NCBI RefSeq assembly: GCF_009914755.1
Contig: NC_060926.1
From: the human T2T-CHM13v2.0 reference genome, Homo sapiens
Length of the DNA stretch: 64,000 bases
Strand: one strand, 5' to 3'
Both the position numbers and the translations under genes were made by a program. The number at the start of each line of letters is the position of its first letter. Within the stretch, counting starts at the first letter, position 1. Shown here piece after piece: positions 42,196 to 60,300 of the stretch. The notes beneath the pieces are model-generated. The model did no database searches. It was given only the letters and a program-made list of their open reading frames with translations, and was not told the origin of the DNA.

Positions 42196-43651
42196 CTTGA
42201 TGAGAAATGGAGAAAGCTCTCCATCAATACTAGAGCTAAACTTTTTCCATTTACCCCCAATGTGTTGCCTTGCTCAAGTAAAAATACTTGGGGGTCCTGG
42301 AACCTTGATCCAACAGATAGTTTCCTATACTGGTAGACAAGCAGCCACCCAAACATTTTCCTTCAGTATCTCCATTACTGGGTGAACTCTCTGGTAGCTC
42401 ACCCAGAGAGGTCACCCCTTAAGCAACATAGTTTGCCCCTTCCCTTTCTCATTTAATACTACAGGATCCCCCTTCTCTGCCTCTGCTTGTCTTTCATAGC
42501 TATCATGGCACACAAAATTTGGCCAGATAGACAGGTCCCAATTATGTAAATAATTTGGACGCAGCTATCTTGTATAGGTAGCTTTATGTGTTTCTGTTTA
42601 TGTGTACACACAGGTATTGTGATATGTGTTGTGTCTCGTATGCTATCAAATGACTTATACATAAAAGGGTGCACATAAACAAAACAAATAAGATTAAATG
42701 CTTCTCAGGCACATGTGACTTGGTAATCTTTGGGTAAATGAGCCTTGTATAAGATTATTAGTTTGATGGGAATGTTGTGTCTTTTACAGTTTAACTTTAA
42801 GACTCTTACCTAGGTGAACCACTAATGTTCACAGGCTTTATAATGGCTAACAGAAAAGTGGCTTTACATAGTGATTGGTTTTATATGGTCTTTTAGTTAT
42901 AAAATAAAAAATGAACCAGTGCATTGAAAGACAGATGTGAAGAAAGTTAAAGAATATAAAGATGTATTCTTGGTAAGAAAGCATATAAAAAGTAATGTTA
43001 TATGAGGAAAAATCCGGTATGGTAAATTCTTGTCCTAGAATAAAATGACTGGCTATTTAAGGAAGAGGTAGTGTAAGACAAGTCAGAAAGTCCAAGCATG
43101 TCATAGATAGTCTATATGAATTGTGATAATGTTTGTAAAGATGAATTCACGAAAAATAATTGTGTGTAATTAGCTATAATTAACAAAGAATTATTTATAA
43201 TAGTCTTCCTAAAAACAGTCTTCATATTAAAACAAGATTTTAAGTTATTGATTTCCTGTACAATTCTGTAAACTGTTTCTTTAAAAAAGTTCTCCAATTT
43301 ATATCTCAGAGGTTCAATTGTTGCTTTATCTCACTGCTATCAATTTTTTCTCCTTTTGATAAAGACTGAGCTATAACTCTCTTGAGCTTTCGTCAGCACT
43401 TGTAACTTTTTCTCCTCTGGTTCTAACTGTTGTTATAACATGCTGATAAAATATTTTATCTTGGAGTTCTATAAAAACAATGTTTTCCCCCCAGTATAAC
43501 TTGACCTTTTTCATATGTCACCTTATTTTTGGTTTTTGGTTTTTCAATCTTTTATTTCTTTAAAAAAGTTTATAAGGAGTAATGACTGCCTTCCCACCTC
43601 CATTTCAATCTGGTCTAAAATGTTTAATTTGCTATAGAAACCAAAAATCTT

Positions 43652-43958
<307 letters not shown>

Positions 43959-44109
43959 GAACCTAAAAACCTAATTTGGGTCATGATGACAAACAGGGTG
44001 ATGGACATACTTCACTTGTGTCCCTTTTAGAATTTAGGCCAGGTTCAAAAGGTCTTTCAAAAATATAAAAATAAAATATTGCCATTTCCCCCAAAGAAAA
44101 AGAATATCT

Positions 44110-44450
44110 CCCCTGTTGAACCAGGAGACGTAGTCCTATTAAAAACTTGGAAAGAAGGATCCCCTGAGGATTAATTTCACCTGGTTACCTATATATAACC
44201 AGGGAACTGACCCCAACTATGTCTAGTCCACTATCAAAAGTGTCCTCCCAAGTCTCACCTGTTTTTTTACCCTTCCTGGGACCTGTGATAGCTATCTTTT
44301 TACTATTATTTTTTGCCCCTTGATTGTTTAACCTCCTTGTGAAGTTTGTATTTTCTAGAGTACAGCAATTCCATGTAAAGACAATTCTAGCATACGACTT
44401 CCAACTCATCCTGTCTTTTGACTTAGAGAATGAAAATATCCTGTCCTTGG
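44110..44450 (+). pseudogene. Adjacent remnants of integrase C-terminus and env TM anchor
   Basis: PVEPGDVVLLKTWKEGSPED (integrase tail), then FLPFLGPVIAIFLLLFFAP*LFNLLVKFVFSRVQQF (TM membrane span). Confidence 0.78.
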
Positions 44451-46074
44451 GGCCCTTATATCAGGTATCTAGAGATTTTTACTCATCCAATCAGGCAGGG
44501 CCTATGTCCGTAAAGTCAGCAGAAAGTGGTTACAGAAGATGGGGTCCCACCCTTTTGTAGCTTCCTTAAGATTAAAGAAGAGTATCTAATCTCTGAGGGG
44601 GAAATGAGGTAGGAGACTGACAGGACTTATTTCCTAGTCCCAACAGGATACAGTGAATAAATTGGCAGGATTCAGCCGATGGTGCTAAAGGCAACCTCTA
44701 GTTGTCTTTGCTGTTCATTGGCATAAGACAGTCCCACCAGTGTCATGAAAGTTTACAAATGCTATGGCAACAGTCTGCAAGTTACTTCTTATTTCCATGG
44801 CAATGACCTAGAAGCTACCACCCCTTTTCTAGATATTTCTGAATAACTCACCCTCTAATTGCATGTAATTAAAAGTTTCTATAAATAGGTATACACATAG
44901 TTGCCAACTGCCCATAAACTGCAGACTCTGAGCACACTGTGTATGAATTATTCCTTCTCTGCAAAGAGTAGCTCTGGTTCAATAAAGTTTACTATATAAC
45001 ACCTCTCACTCTTGAATTCTTTCCTGAGCAAAGCCAAGAACCCTCCCAGGCTAAGCCCCAATTCCCAATTTTGGGGCTCACCTGTCCTGCATCATAACCA
45101 TAAGATACAGGGAATGCATATCAAGAGAGTTAAAGGTTTATTCTGGTGAGTACTGCTTCTTTCATGATTGGGGTCAAATATAAACACAAAATCTACTACT
45201 AGGTATCTGCTCCTGTAAGAACAGGGTAAACCTCCTGGGGCTCAGAATTGATTGCTGCTAATGAAAAATTTGACACTCAGTGGTAGAGGAAGACAGATTT
45301 GAAGTGCAGTTGTGAACACATAAACAGACTCCATCCTTGCCTCTATAACCACTTAGTTGAACCTATTGGGAAGCTGCTTGGATGGCTAAAGAATGGGGCT
45401 GGACCTACATCTATTCCATTTAGATAGTAAATTTCTCTTCTGGAGTGGTTTCCTTTCTGTTGGTTGATTTATTTTACTTTGGTTTTGGTCATCCCCATAG
45501 ACAGTCTTACATTTTAAGCCTACTTTGGAAGATTTCTCCATGTATCTTATGGCTAGATAATTAGCCACTGCTAATAAACTTCTAATACCTTATTACTTCA
45601 AGTCATCTCTTCTCCAAGGAAATGAATTTTGAGATATATTACCAATTTTCTACTCAGTGGGAAGAATATCTCCTCACTCCTCTGCAATATCCTCCCTGAG
45701 TGAGACAAGAACACTCTTTAGACCACTTCTGGTTATACCAATCTTCTGTGCAGAGCCATGGATAAACCAGGCTTGATTTATTTTCCTCTTGAATGAGATA
45801 TTTACAGTTAATTTTCCAGGTGACCATAGATGTAAGCTGAAGGGTGACATAATCCTGACATGTAAGACAATGGGAATATGAAATAACTTATGCAATTTAC
45901 TTGCAAAATCAGAACATGCATGAGCAGTTATGTAAATACATTTCCAATTGGTAATGGACAGCTGCTAGGAACTCTCAATTTTACATCAAAGTGAACCAGA
46001 AAACAGTCAAGACATAATAGGAAAACTACTTAGTAGAATTACCTGATGACTCATAACCAGGCATCTGCATCTAG

Positions 46075-46399
46075 TCAACAGGTTGGCAAACTTCTGAAAG
46101 GGGCTACACAGTAAATATTTTAGGTTTTGGGGACTAGACAGTCTAACAGCCTAAAGTCAATTCTACTATGGTAGTGTGAAAGCAGCTATAGACAATAGGT
46201 AACTGAATGAGTATCGTCGTGTTGTAATAAAACTTTATTTACAGACACCACAATTTTAGTTTTATGTAATTTTAAGATATTATAAAATATTGTTCCACTT
46301 TTTATTTAATCCTTTACAAATATGAAAACCATTCTTAGCTCACAGGCTACATAAAAACAGGCCAGATCGTCTTGGGGACTGTAGTTTATCCATACCTAC
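46075..46399 (+). mobile_element. MER58B hAT MITE
   Basis: ggttggcaaactt...cagtaaatattttagg...aaagcagctatagacaata...aataaaactttatttacagacac...aaaaccattcttagctcacagg. Confidence 0.88.
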
Positions 46400-47395
46400 T
46401 CTAGGCTCTATAACAAGGCCTTAATAAGAAGCCATGAATTGCTTTGAAAACCAGAACAGTTGTTTGCCAAAGGGGTTATAAATTTGCTTCAAAACCCTAG
46501 GAGACTTTACTGTGATTCAACCTTCAAAGGTTTGCCACAAGCTACATACAGCTTTCTGGTCGGCTGTCAACACATTGAGTGATACTAGATATGCAGGTTC
46601 ATGAGGGCAAATGTGGATGAGCTGCTTTAATTGCAGCTGAGACCTGCTGGAGAGTCATTACCTGCTATGAGATCTTCTCAAAGGACGGCAGTATTTTAGG
46701 TCTCCCAGTAAATCCGTGAACAAAACACATCAAACTTTAGTTATCCTTTGTTTCCAAAATTCAAGAGACCTACCAAGTGTGGTGCCTCATTAATAATGGT
46801 AAGATACAAGAAAAGGTACAAAAGATATTTCTAAAAAGAAAAGAAAAATTGTTTAGCAATTTGATCATCTTAAATCCCATTAACTCTATTATTTTACTCA
46901 GTAAAAATATGGCAGTTGGAAAGAAGATAAAATTCAAACAGTGAATTTCTCATATCTTAAAAGTATAACTTGATATGTTTTACATGAGTCAGTCCATGTA
47001 AATACCATAGGGATAGAGACATATAATATTTGCTTCTCCCTAGAAAGTGTTATTAATCCAGTTTAATCAACATTGATTAGTTTATCTTGAGTTTTATTTA
47101 AACGGAAACCTATTTGTCTTCCTTCACCTGACAGCAGGCCTATGATATTATCCATGTTGCTGAGTGTAGCAGTTCCTTCTTTTTTACTGCTATTATTCCA
47201 TTCTGTGAATATAAAGTGTTCAGCAAATTAATGAAAACTGATGAAGAATAAGTGTTCTGGTGACTTAAAGACACCAGACAAACTTAAATAAAGACAAACT
47301 CCAAAAGTTAGAAAAAATTAAGTTAGCTACATACTTTGCTTCCTAAACACTAAACATGGAAAAGAACACCCATGGAGCTTTTTAAAAACAAAACA

Positions 47396-47715
<320 letters not shown>

Positions 47716-48504
47716 CTAAGAACTCTATACTGCAAAAAGCAACAGAAGAAAGGGCCACATATATGCAAATGCCTGGTCACTATATCTCTAAGTATCAGCT
47801 CACACACTATTAAGTAAAAATAACATTGGCCAACTAGATGCTGAATTTTAAAAACACGAATAAAAAATTATGGTTAAACACACACACAAAAAAAACAAAA
47901 GAACTAATAGATAACATTGAAATCTCTTGAGCATAGTTAATTGTAAACAACTATTGCAAATATGGCATTGGTATATAATATTAATATTAATTATGTGAAT
48001 CTTAAAACCCAGATTATATCAGCAAAATGCTGGGTAATAGTAGAGGAGTTTTGTGGATGAAGAATAAAGAAAGCTAAGGTAGAAGTGAATTCCTCAACTC
48101 ACATATGAAAAGTAATTCATGTTATTTAAAACTGAATACAGATAATTTGACTACAATAAGCTTAATTAAAATGCTGTTAAAAACAAAAGTTGACCAATAA
48201 TAGGATTTAAAACATGGTTTATACTTCGCACAGGCTTTGGGTTTGGGGAGCTTTCCATGTTACTACATAGAGGTCTACTTTATTTTTCTCAGTCCCTACA
48301 GAGTATTCCCTAATAAAGATATTTTATAAATAATTTAAACAGCTTCTTTGGAATGACATGTGGATTGTTTCTAAAGTTGGCTATTACAAATGATGCTTAA
48401 AAAACAGGTGTGAAAATATTTCTTAAAATATATGTATTTTAAATTATGATACATAATGACTATTTAACTTCCAAACAGAATTCACTCATTTACATTTATG
48501 AACA

Positions 48505-49165
48505 TTCTGGGTATAATATCCAGAGGGAATTAAACCACTATCTCAGAGAGATATCTGCATTCTGATGTTCACTGAAACATTATTCACAGTAGCCAAAATA
48601 CAGAAACAACCTGTCTGTCAACGAATTAATGGATAAATAAAAGAGATAAGGAATATATATATACACACACATACACACACAAGCACACACACACACATAC
48701 AATGGAAAATTATTCATCCTAAACGGAAAGAAAATTCTGCTATTTACAAGAAGAAGAATGAAACTGGAGGACCTTCTGCTTAGAGAAATAAGTCAGACAT
48801 AGAAAGACATATACTGCATGATCTGACTTGTATGTGGAATATAAAAAAGTAGAACTCATGAAAATAGAGTAGAAGGGTGGTTACCAGAAGTTATGGGGTG
48901 GGAGAAATGGAGAGCTATTGGTCCAAGGATGCACACTTTGAATCATAAGGAATAAGTTCTGGAGACCTGATGTGCAGTAGGATGACTATAGTTAATAATC
49001 ATGTATTATATGCTTGAAATTTGCTAAGAGAATAGATATTCAGTATTCTTACAACACACACAGACACACACACACACAGGTATGTCAGGTGATGGATATG
49101 TCAATTAGCTTGATTGTGGTGATCATTTTTATAATATATACATATATCAAAATAGTATATTTCCA
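48505..49165 (+). mobile_element. L1MA 3' end containing (CA)n tracts
   Basis: gagatatctgcattctgatgttcactg...gtggttaccaga...gactatagttaataat...gaaatttgctaagaga. Confidence 0.85.
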
Positions 49166-49241
49166 GTTTTTCACTTTTCTTTTAATTTTTATTATCATAT
49201 ATTTTACTATATAAAATATTTTTAACTAACATGATGTCAGT

Positions 49242-51350
<2,109 letters not shown>

Positions 51351-53744
51351 TTTTATATGGAATTGTAATTGGAAGATTTAAAAAGTCAATATTGCACTGG
51401 AAAATATAAAATAAAAATTAATGTTTAATTCTATGTGTTTCCCAATCTCCCTCCTCTCCCCAATATAATACTTAACTCTGGATTCTGTTCCTATTCCAAA
51501 ATTTTCTAAACATTTGAGAGCATTTTAAAAAATTGAATGGATTCATACAATATATTTTGTATTGTGACTAAGTATTTGTTTAATTTAACACAATATCTTT
51601 GGTCCAGTTATGGCAACATAACAAACAATTAGAATGTGCACTATATCTTCTATTATAAATGTACAGAAAACTGTGTAAACAGATAAGAAAAAAAGTGTGA
51701 GAAACCCTACGAAATTCCCATATAAGCATGTAAGGAGAAATAAAAGCACCTGAGATCTAGAATAAAATGAAATTTAAAGCCAGACTATTAAATTCAATGT
51801 ATGATACCACAATAGACAGGAGTTGAGGGTACTGAGCATCAGTGTTTTGACTGTTTTTCCCCTCCTGGGGTGTATGTCACAGAGGTTGGCCTTCAATTTT
51901 AATGCCTACACAGAAATAGATGATATAGCCTTGGCCCTATAGAAGCATACAAATGGAATTGAAATGACTTGATAAAGTCAACTCTATGGAGACACTGACC
52001 ATCATTAATCAGGAAGGTATAGGAAAAAACTCCACAAATTAAAGAAGAAAAACAACCTACTCTAGTAACAACAAACTTCAGAAACTAAAGAGAAATAAAT
52101 TTTGCAGGCAACAAAAGAAGAAAACTAATATATACATAAAAAGTAATTATAATACTATCTTATACAATCAAAATGTGTAAGGAATTAAAAATGCTAAGAA
52201 CAATAAAGTAAAATACACAAAGGAGGTAGAAGGACAAGGTGTTCTAAAGTCATAGGGCTGTCTAGTAAGTGGTTGAAGCTATCTATATTTGACTGTCATA
52301 AGTATGAATTTTATGATCTATAGGATATTCAAAGATGAAATACTGAAGAATAAATACTAAGATTCTAACAGAGAAGACATAGTAAATGATTAAAACTTAT
52401 ACATACAAATGAAAGGAGAGAAAAAAGTATAAAAGAAATGGAATATGTATCTATAATCTATCTATCTAAACCAATAATAAAATAGTGTAATGCAAACATT
52501 CATTAATTACATTAATTGTAATTAGACTAAATATCTGAGTGAAAGATTATCACACTGCATAAAGTATTTATAACATTCCATTCTCTTTCCAGATAGTTAC
52601 CATTTTTGTTGTCTGGTATTGGATAATTTTTGCTTTCCAGTGTTACACATATTTTGAAACTTTGCTTTCTAGTATTTCAGTGACATTTAGGATGCAACAG
52701 AGTTAAACCTATTTACTTATGTAGCATACATTTGAATCCTGAGGGCTACCAAGAGTCTACTGCTAACTTCCTGAACTCTCCTGGAAACATGAGAAGAGAA
52801 TGAAGTTTTCATTGTCTAAATAAAGACAAACAAAACCCAAATCTTCTCATCTTTCCAGAAAACACAATAGAAAGAAGAAACTTGGGTTCTATTTAGAAAA
52901 GCAAATAAGAGAACAAAAAACATAATGCACTTTCAACTTGATGTCTAGGGATTTGGACAAATAGACACTTTAAAAGAGATTTAGATTGTGCTTATAATAC
53001 CCAATCAAGATAGCCTTGCCCTGCAGAGTAATGCATTGATGAAAACCAAAGAAAATATATGGATCATTTTCATTTGTGTAAATAATAGCCTTGATATTCT
53101 TTGGTCTAAATAGAATATAGTACTTAAAATATGTTCAAAATTGGATTCATCCAGATAAATAAAGGAAGAGCACTGTGAATCATGAATTACTTGACTTCCA
53201 ACATCCCTTGTAAAGACATCTGGAAAGCATACCAGAAAACTCACCAGTCTTTTTTTTTTTTTAATTGACAAGTAAAATTGTATAAATATATGGTGTACAA
53301 CATAATATTTTGATATATGTATACATTGTGGAATGTCTGGCTAAAGCAAGCTATTTAAGATATATATTACCTCACAAGCATCATTATTTTGTGGTGAGAA
53401 CAATTTTCAAATGTATAATACATTGCTATTAACTGTAGTCACCATGTACAATAGATATCTTAAACTTATTCTTCCCATCTAACTAAAAGGTTATGTCCTT
53501 TGAACAACATCTTCCAAATCTCTGACTACTCTGTCTCTGGTAACCACCACTTTACTCTCTATTTTGATCAGTCTAACATTTTCACTCCACATATAAGGGA
53601 GATCATACTGTATGTGTATTTCTGTGCCTGGCTTATTTTATTTAACATAACATGGCATAACATAATAACCTTCAGGTTCATACATGCTGTCATGAATGAC
53701 AGGAATTCTTTTGTTTTTTAAAGCTAAATAGTATTACATTGCAT

Positions 53745-53808
53745 ATGTAAATATATATATAACATATATAAAATATATATAACATATATATAATATATAT
53801 ATATATAA
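53745..53808. repeat. (TA)n-rich simple repeat
   Basis: Directly visible. Confidence 0.9.
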
Positions 53809-56800
53809 CATTTTCTTCATGCATTCATCCATTGATGAACACTTAAGTTGATTTCATAGTTTGGCTATTTGGCTATTATAAATAATACTACAAACTGCAA
53901 TCAACATGAGAGTGTGGCTATCTCTTTGACGTATTTATTTCATATTCTTTGGATAGCGAGATTGCTGGATCATAGGGCACTACTATTTTTAATTTTTAAG
54001 AGACTTCCATACTGGTTTCCATATTTTCCACCAACAGAGGTACAAAGGTTGCTCTTTCTCCACAGCTTTGCCAATACTTGTTATATTTTGTCTTTTTATA
54101 AAAACTATTATAACAACGATGTGATGTTTCTTTGTGGTTATAATTTGCATTTCTATGATTAGTGATGTTGAGGAACTTTCATTTAACTGTTGGCCATTTG
54201 TATGTCTTTATATGAGAGATGTCTAGTCTGGTCCTTTATTTGTTTTTTTACTATTTAGTTGTTTGAATTTCTTATATATTTTGGATATAAGTCCCCTATC
54301 AGATTATGATGTGCAAATATATTCACATATTTAGTAGTTTGTTTGTTCACTTTGCTGATTGTTTCCTTTGCTCTGCTGAAGCTTTTTAGTTTAATCCCAT
54401 TTGTCTATTTTGTTTTTGTTGCCTCTGCTTGTGGTGTCATAGTACAAAAAATATTTGCTCAGACTAATGTCATGGAAATTTTTCCTTATGTTTTCTCCTA
54501 GTAGTTTTAGTTTCAGCTCTTATGTTTAAGTGTGTAATTCACTGTGTGTTGACTTTTGTATATAGTGTGGGAAGGATTAATTTATTCTTTTGCCATGTGG
54601 ATATCCAATTTTCACAGCACTATTTATTGAAGAGATTGACCTTTCTCCATTGTGTACTCTTGGCATCATTGGCCATATATGACTGGATTTCTTTCTGAGC
54701 TCTCTATTATGTTCCGCTGATATATATGTCTGTATTTATTCCACTACCATACTGTTTTAATAACTTTAACTTTGTAATATTTAATAGATTTTCAAATCAG
54801 GTAGTCTGATGCCTTTACTTTGTTCGTTTTGCTCAAGATTACTTTGGCTATTCAAGGTCCTTGGTTGTTCCATATAAATTTTGGGATTGTCTTTTCTATT
54901 TCACAAAAAGAAACTTAATTGGAATTTTACAGAGATTGCATGGAATCTGTAGATCACTCTGGGTTTTATGGACATTTTAACAATATTAAGTCTTCCAATC
55001 CACGATCATGGGATATATTTCCATTTATTTGTGTCTTCTTCAATTTCTTTTTCAATGTTTATAATGTTTAGAGTATGGGTTCTTCACCTTCTTGGTTAAA
55101 TTTATTCCTAAGCACTTTATTTTTCTTTGTAATCATTGTAAATAATTTTTTGATTGTAAGCGTTTTCTTTATTTATTTTTTTGGCTGGTTCATTGCTAGT
55201 GTATAGAAATGCTATTAATTTTTGTATATTAATTTCTATTTTGCAACTTTACTAAATTTGATTATTGTAACAATTTTTGGTAGAGTCTTTAGGGTTTTCT
55301 ATATATAAAATCACTTCTGCAAACAAACACAATTTAACTTTTTTTGGTGATCTGAATGCCTTTTATTTCTTTCTCTTGCCTAAATGCTCTGGTTAGGACA
55401 TTCAATACTATGTTGAATTGAAGTGGTGAGAGTTGGCATCCTTATCCTTTTCCTGATTTTCATGGAAAAGCTTTCACCTTTTCACTATTTGATATGATGT
55501 TAGCTCTGGGCTTGTCACGCATTGTCTTTATTGTGTTGAGGTACATTCCTTCTATACCTAATTTCTTTGGAGTTTTTATCATAAAAAGATGCTGAATTTT
55601 TTTGCATGCCTCTCCTACATCTATGGAGATGATTTTTTTTGTTATTCATTCTGAAAATGTGATGTATGTAATCACATTTACTGATTAGCATATGTTGAAT
55701 CATCCTTGCATACCAAGGATAAATACCACTTTATCGTGATGAATGGTACTTTTAATGTGTTGGTGAATTTGGTGTGCTATAATTTTGTTTAGGATTTTTT
55801 CATATATGTTCATCAAAGATCATGTGCTGTACTGGCTTTTAATTTATTTTGTAGTACCGTTGTCTGGCTTGGGTACAAAGGCAATGCTGGCCTCAATATG
55901 ACTTTGAAAGTTTTTCCTACTCTTCAATTTTTTGGGTGAGTTTGAGAATTGGTATTGGTTCTTTAAATGTTTGGTAGAATTCAGCATTGAAGCTAACTCT
56001 GGTACTGAGTTATTTGATGGGAGATTTTTAGTACTAATACAATTAATATTGGTCTATTCAAATTTTTAATTTTTTCATAATTCAGTTTTAGTAAATTTTA
56101 TCTGTCTAAAAATTTATCTATTCGTTTTATCCAATTTTCTGGCATATAATTATTCTTTATGTGATCATTTGTGTTTCTGTGGTATCAATTAAAATGTCTC
56201 CTTTTTCATTTTTGCATTTCTGATTTTATTTACTTGAGTTTTCTCTCTTCATTTTTTTATTTAGTATAGCTAAAGTTTATTGATTTTCTTTCTTTTCTTA
56301 AAAAATTAACTCGGTGTCATTGATCATTTTTAGTTGTTCTATTCTCTAATTTGTTTATTTATGCTTTTAACTTCATTATTTACTTCCTTCAACTAACTTT
56401 GGGCTTGGTTTGTTCTTTTTCTTTTCTAATTTCTTGAGATATAAAGTTAGATTGTTTATTTGGGATCTTTCTTCTTTTTTAATGTAGACATTTGTTGCTA
56501 TAAACTTCTCTTTCAAAATTTCTTTGCTGCATCCCATAGTTTTGATATGTTTTATTTCTATTGTCATTTGTCTTAATGTATGTTTTTGAGTTTTCCTTTT
56601 AATTTTTTCTTTAACCCATTTTTTTGGGGGGAGGAAGTATGTTGTTTAATTTTCATGTATTTGTGAATTTTTTGAAGTTCTCCCTATTGTTGATTTCTAG
56701 TCTCATACCATTGTGGTTGAAAAAGTTACCTGATATAATTTAAATCTTATGAAATTTGTTAAGATGAGTTTTGTGGACTAATAAATCATCTATCTTGGAG

Positions 56801-57314
56801 AATGTTCTGTGTGCACTGGAAAAGAATGTGTATACTGCTGCTGTTGAGTAAAATGTTTTGTATAAATCTTAGGTCCATTTGGTCAAAAGTGTAGCTCAAG
56901 CCCAATGTTTCCTTATTGATTTTGTGTCTGAGCAATCTGTTTATTGTTGAAAGTAGAGTACCAAAATCCCCTCATATTATTATATTACAATCTATTGATA
57001 TTTTCTTTATATATTTTGGTGTTTTGAAGTTGGGTGCTATGTATTTATAATTGTTATATTTTCATGATGAATTGGTTTCTTTAACATTATATAATGATCA
57101 ACTTTGTCTTGTCTTACAGTTTTTACTTAAAGTTTATTTTATCTGATATTAAGTTAGCTATCTGCTGTAGTTTGAATGTTTTCCAAAGTTCATATGCTGG
57201 AAACTTGACCTCCAATTCAACAGTGTTGAGAGATGGGACTTTTAAGAAGTGATTAGGACATAAGGGCTCAGCATTCATAAATAGATTAATATTGTCATCT
57301 CAAATTGGGTTCAT

Positions 57315-60300
57315 CAAAATTGAGATCCAAAAATAAATATAAAGGATCAATGAAACCAAAAGCTAGCTCACTGAAGGGATAGACAAGGTTGATAGACAGC
57401 TAGCCAGATTAACAAAGAAAAAATAGAGAAGATCCAAATTAGTGCAATCAGAAATGACAAAGGTGACATGACAAATGATCCCACAGAAATACAAAAAATG
57501 CTCAGAAATTATTATAAGCACCACTATGCACACAAACTAGAAAATTTAAAGGAAACAGATAAATTCCTAGAAACCCACAACATCCCAAGCCTGAAATAGA
57601 AAGAAATCAAAAGCTTGAATGACATATTGAGTTGCAAAATCAAATCAGTAATAAAAAAACCTACCAACCAAACTGGGCCTGAAAAAGATTTATTTACAAC
57701 CAAATACTACTGGACATACAAAGAAGAGCTGGTACCAATCCCACTGATACTATTCCAAACCATTTGAGAAAGGGACATTTCTTACTAACTCATTCTGTGA
57801 AGCAAGCATCGCTCTAATACCAAAATGTGACAAACACAGAAGAAAACTACAGGACAATATCCGTAATGAGCACAGATGCAAAAATCCTCAAAATATCAGC
57901 AAACAAAATCCAGCAGCACATCAAAAAGCTAGTTCACCACTATCAAGTAGGCTTTATTTCTGGGATGCTTGGCTGGTTCAACATATGCAAATCAATACAT
58001 GTGATTCATCACATAAACGGAATTAACAAAAACTACATGATCATCTCAATAGATGCAGAAAAAGCTTTTGAAAAAATCCTAAATCTTCATGATAAAAATC
58101 ATCAACAAACATGAGAAAATAGATCGAAAGAACATACTTCAAAATAATAAGAGCCATCTATGACAAACTCACAGCCAGTATCACACTGAATAGGCAAAAG
58201 GTGGAAGCATTTCACTTAATAACTGGAATAAGACAGGGACCCCTGCTCTCACCACTCCTATTCAACATAGTACTGTAAGTTCTACTCAGAGCAATCAGGT
58301 AAGACAAAGAAATAAAAGGCATCCAAATAGGAAAAGAAATAAAGTTATATGTCTATACTGATGATATTAATGACTTCACCAAAAGACTCCTATAGCTGAT
58401 GAATGAATTTGGTGTGAAGTTTCATGATACAAAGCCAATGTACAAAAATTAGTAGCACTTGTGTACACCAATAACATTCAAGCTGACAGCCAAATCAAGA
58501 ATGCAATCTCATTCACCATAGCCAGAAAAAAAGTAAATAAAACACCCAGGAATACATCTAACCAAGGAGATGAAAGATCTCTCTAAGGAAAACTACAAAA
58601 TACTGATGAAAGAAATTATAGATGATAAAAATAAATGAAAAAATATTCTATACTCATGGATTGGAAGAATCAACATCATTAAAATGGCTGTACTGCCCAA
58701 AGGAATCTACAGACTCAGTACTATTTCTAGCAAACTACCAATGTCTTTTTCTCACAGAATTGGAAAAAAAAAATACGCTGAAATTCATATGTAAAAAGTC
58801 CTCAATAGCCAAAGATATCCTAAGCAAAAATTAAAACTGGAGGCATCATACTACCTGGCTTCAAACTATACTACAAGCCTATAGTAAACAAAACAACGTG
58901 GTACTGGTACAAAAACAGACAAATAGACCAATGGAACAGAACAGAAAAAACAGAAATAAAGCTGCACACCTACAGCCATCTGATCTTCAACAACATCAAC
59001 AAAAATAAAAGATGGAATAAAGGACCCCTTATTCAACCAAAGGTACTGGAATAGCTGGCTAGCCACATGCAGAAGTATGAAACTGAACCCCTGTCTTTCA
59101 CCATATACAAAAATTAACTTATCATGGATTGAAGAGGCAAGTGTGTGGCTCATGACTGTAATCGCAGCACTTTGGGAGGCTAAGGCTGGAGGATTGAGCC
59201 CAGGAATTTGAGACCAGCCTGGGGAACATAAAGAGACCTCGTCTCTCCAAAAATAGAAAAATTAGTCAACTGTGATGGCATGTGCCTATAGTCCCAGCTA
59301 CTAGAGATGTTGAGGTGGGAGTATGACTTCATCCTGGGAGGTTAAGATTGCAGTTAGTCGTGATGGCACCATTGTACTCCAGCCTGGTTGACGGAGTAAT
59401 ACCCTGTTTCAAAACAAAAGCAAAAACAAAACAAAACAAAAATCAAAAGTGGATTAAAGGCTTACATATAAGACTTAAGAGTATAAAAATCCTTGGTGAA
59501 GACCTAAGACATACCATTCTGGACATTGGCCTTGGCAAATAATTTATTACTAATTCCCCAAAAGCAATTGCAAAAAAAAACAAAAGTTGACAAGGGGGAC
59601 CTAATTAAACTAAAAAGCTTCTGCACAGAAAAAGAAGCCATCAACAAAGTATACAGGCAACCCACATAAGGGTAATAATATTCTCAAATTATGCATCTGA
59701 CAAAGGTCTAATATACACAACCTATAAATAGTAACTTAATTCAGCAAGCAAAAACCAAATAACCCTTTTTAGAAATGGGCAGAGGACGTGCACACATACT
59801 TCTCAAAAGAAGAAATACATGTGGCCAACAAATACATGGAAAAATGTTCAACATCACTAATCATTAGAGAAATGCAAGTCAAAACCACAGTGAGATACCA
59901 TGTCACACCAGTCAGAATGGCTATAATTAAAAGTCAAAAAATAACAGATGTTGGTGAGGTTGCAGAGAAAAGGGAGTGCTTACACTCGGTTATTGGGAAT
60001 GTAAATTAGTTCAGCCACTGTGGAAAACAGTATGGGGATTTCTCAAAGAACTTAAAATAGAACCACCAATTCAACCCATCAATCCCATTACTAGATACAT
60101 ACCCAAAGGAATATAAATTGTCATATCATTATGTCAAAGACATAGAATCAGCATAGGTGCCCATCAACAGTGGATTGGATAAAGAAAATGTGGTAAAACA
60201 CACCATGAAATACTGTGTGGCCATAAAAAAGAAGGAAATCATACCCTTCACAGCAAAATGGATGCAGCTGAAGGCCAGAATTCTAAGTAAATTAACAAAG

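Noticed and set aside
51600-52560. Possible ancient L1 5' region or HAL1 relic
   Set aside because: A-rich and suggestive, but too diverged to assign by eye.
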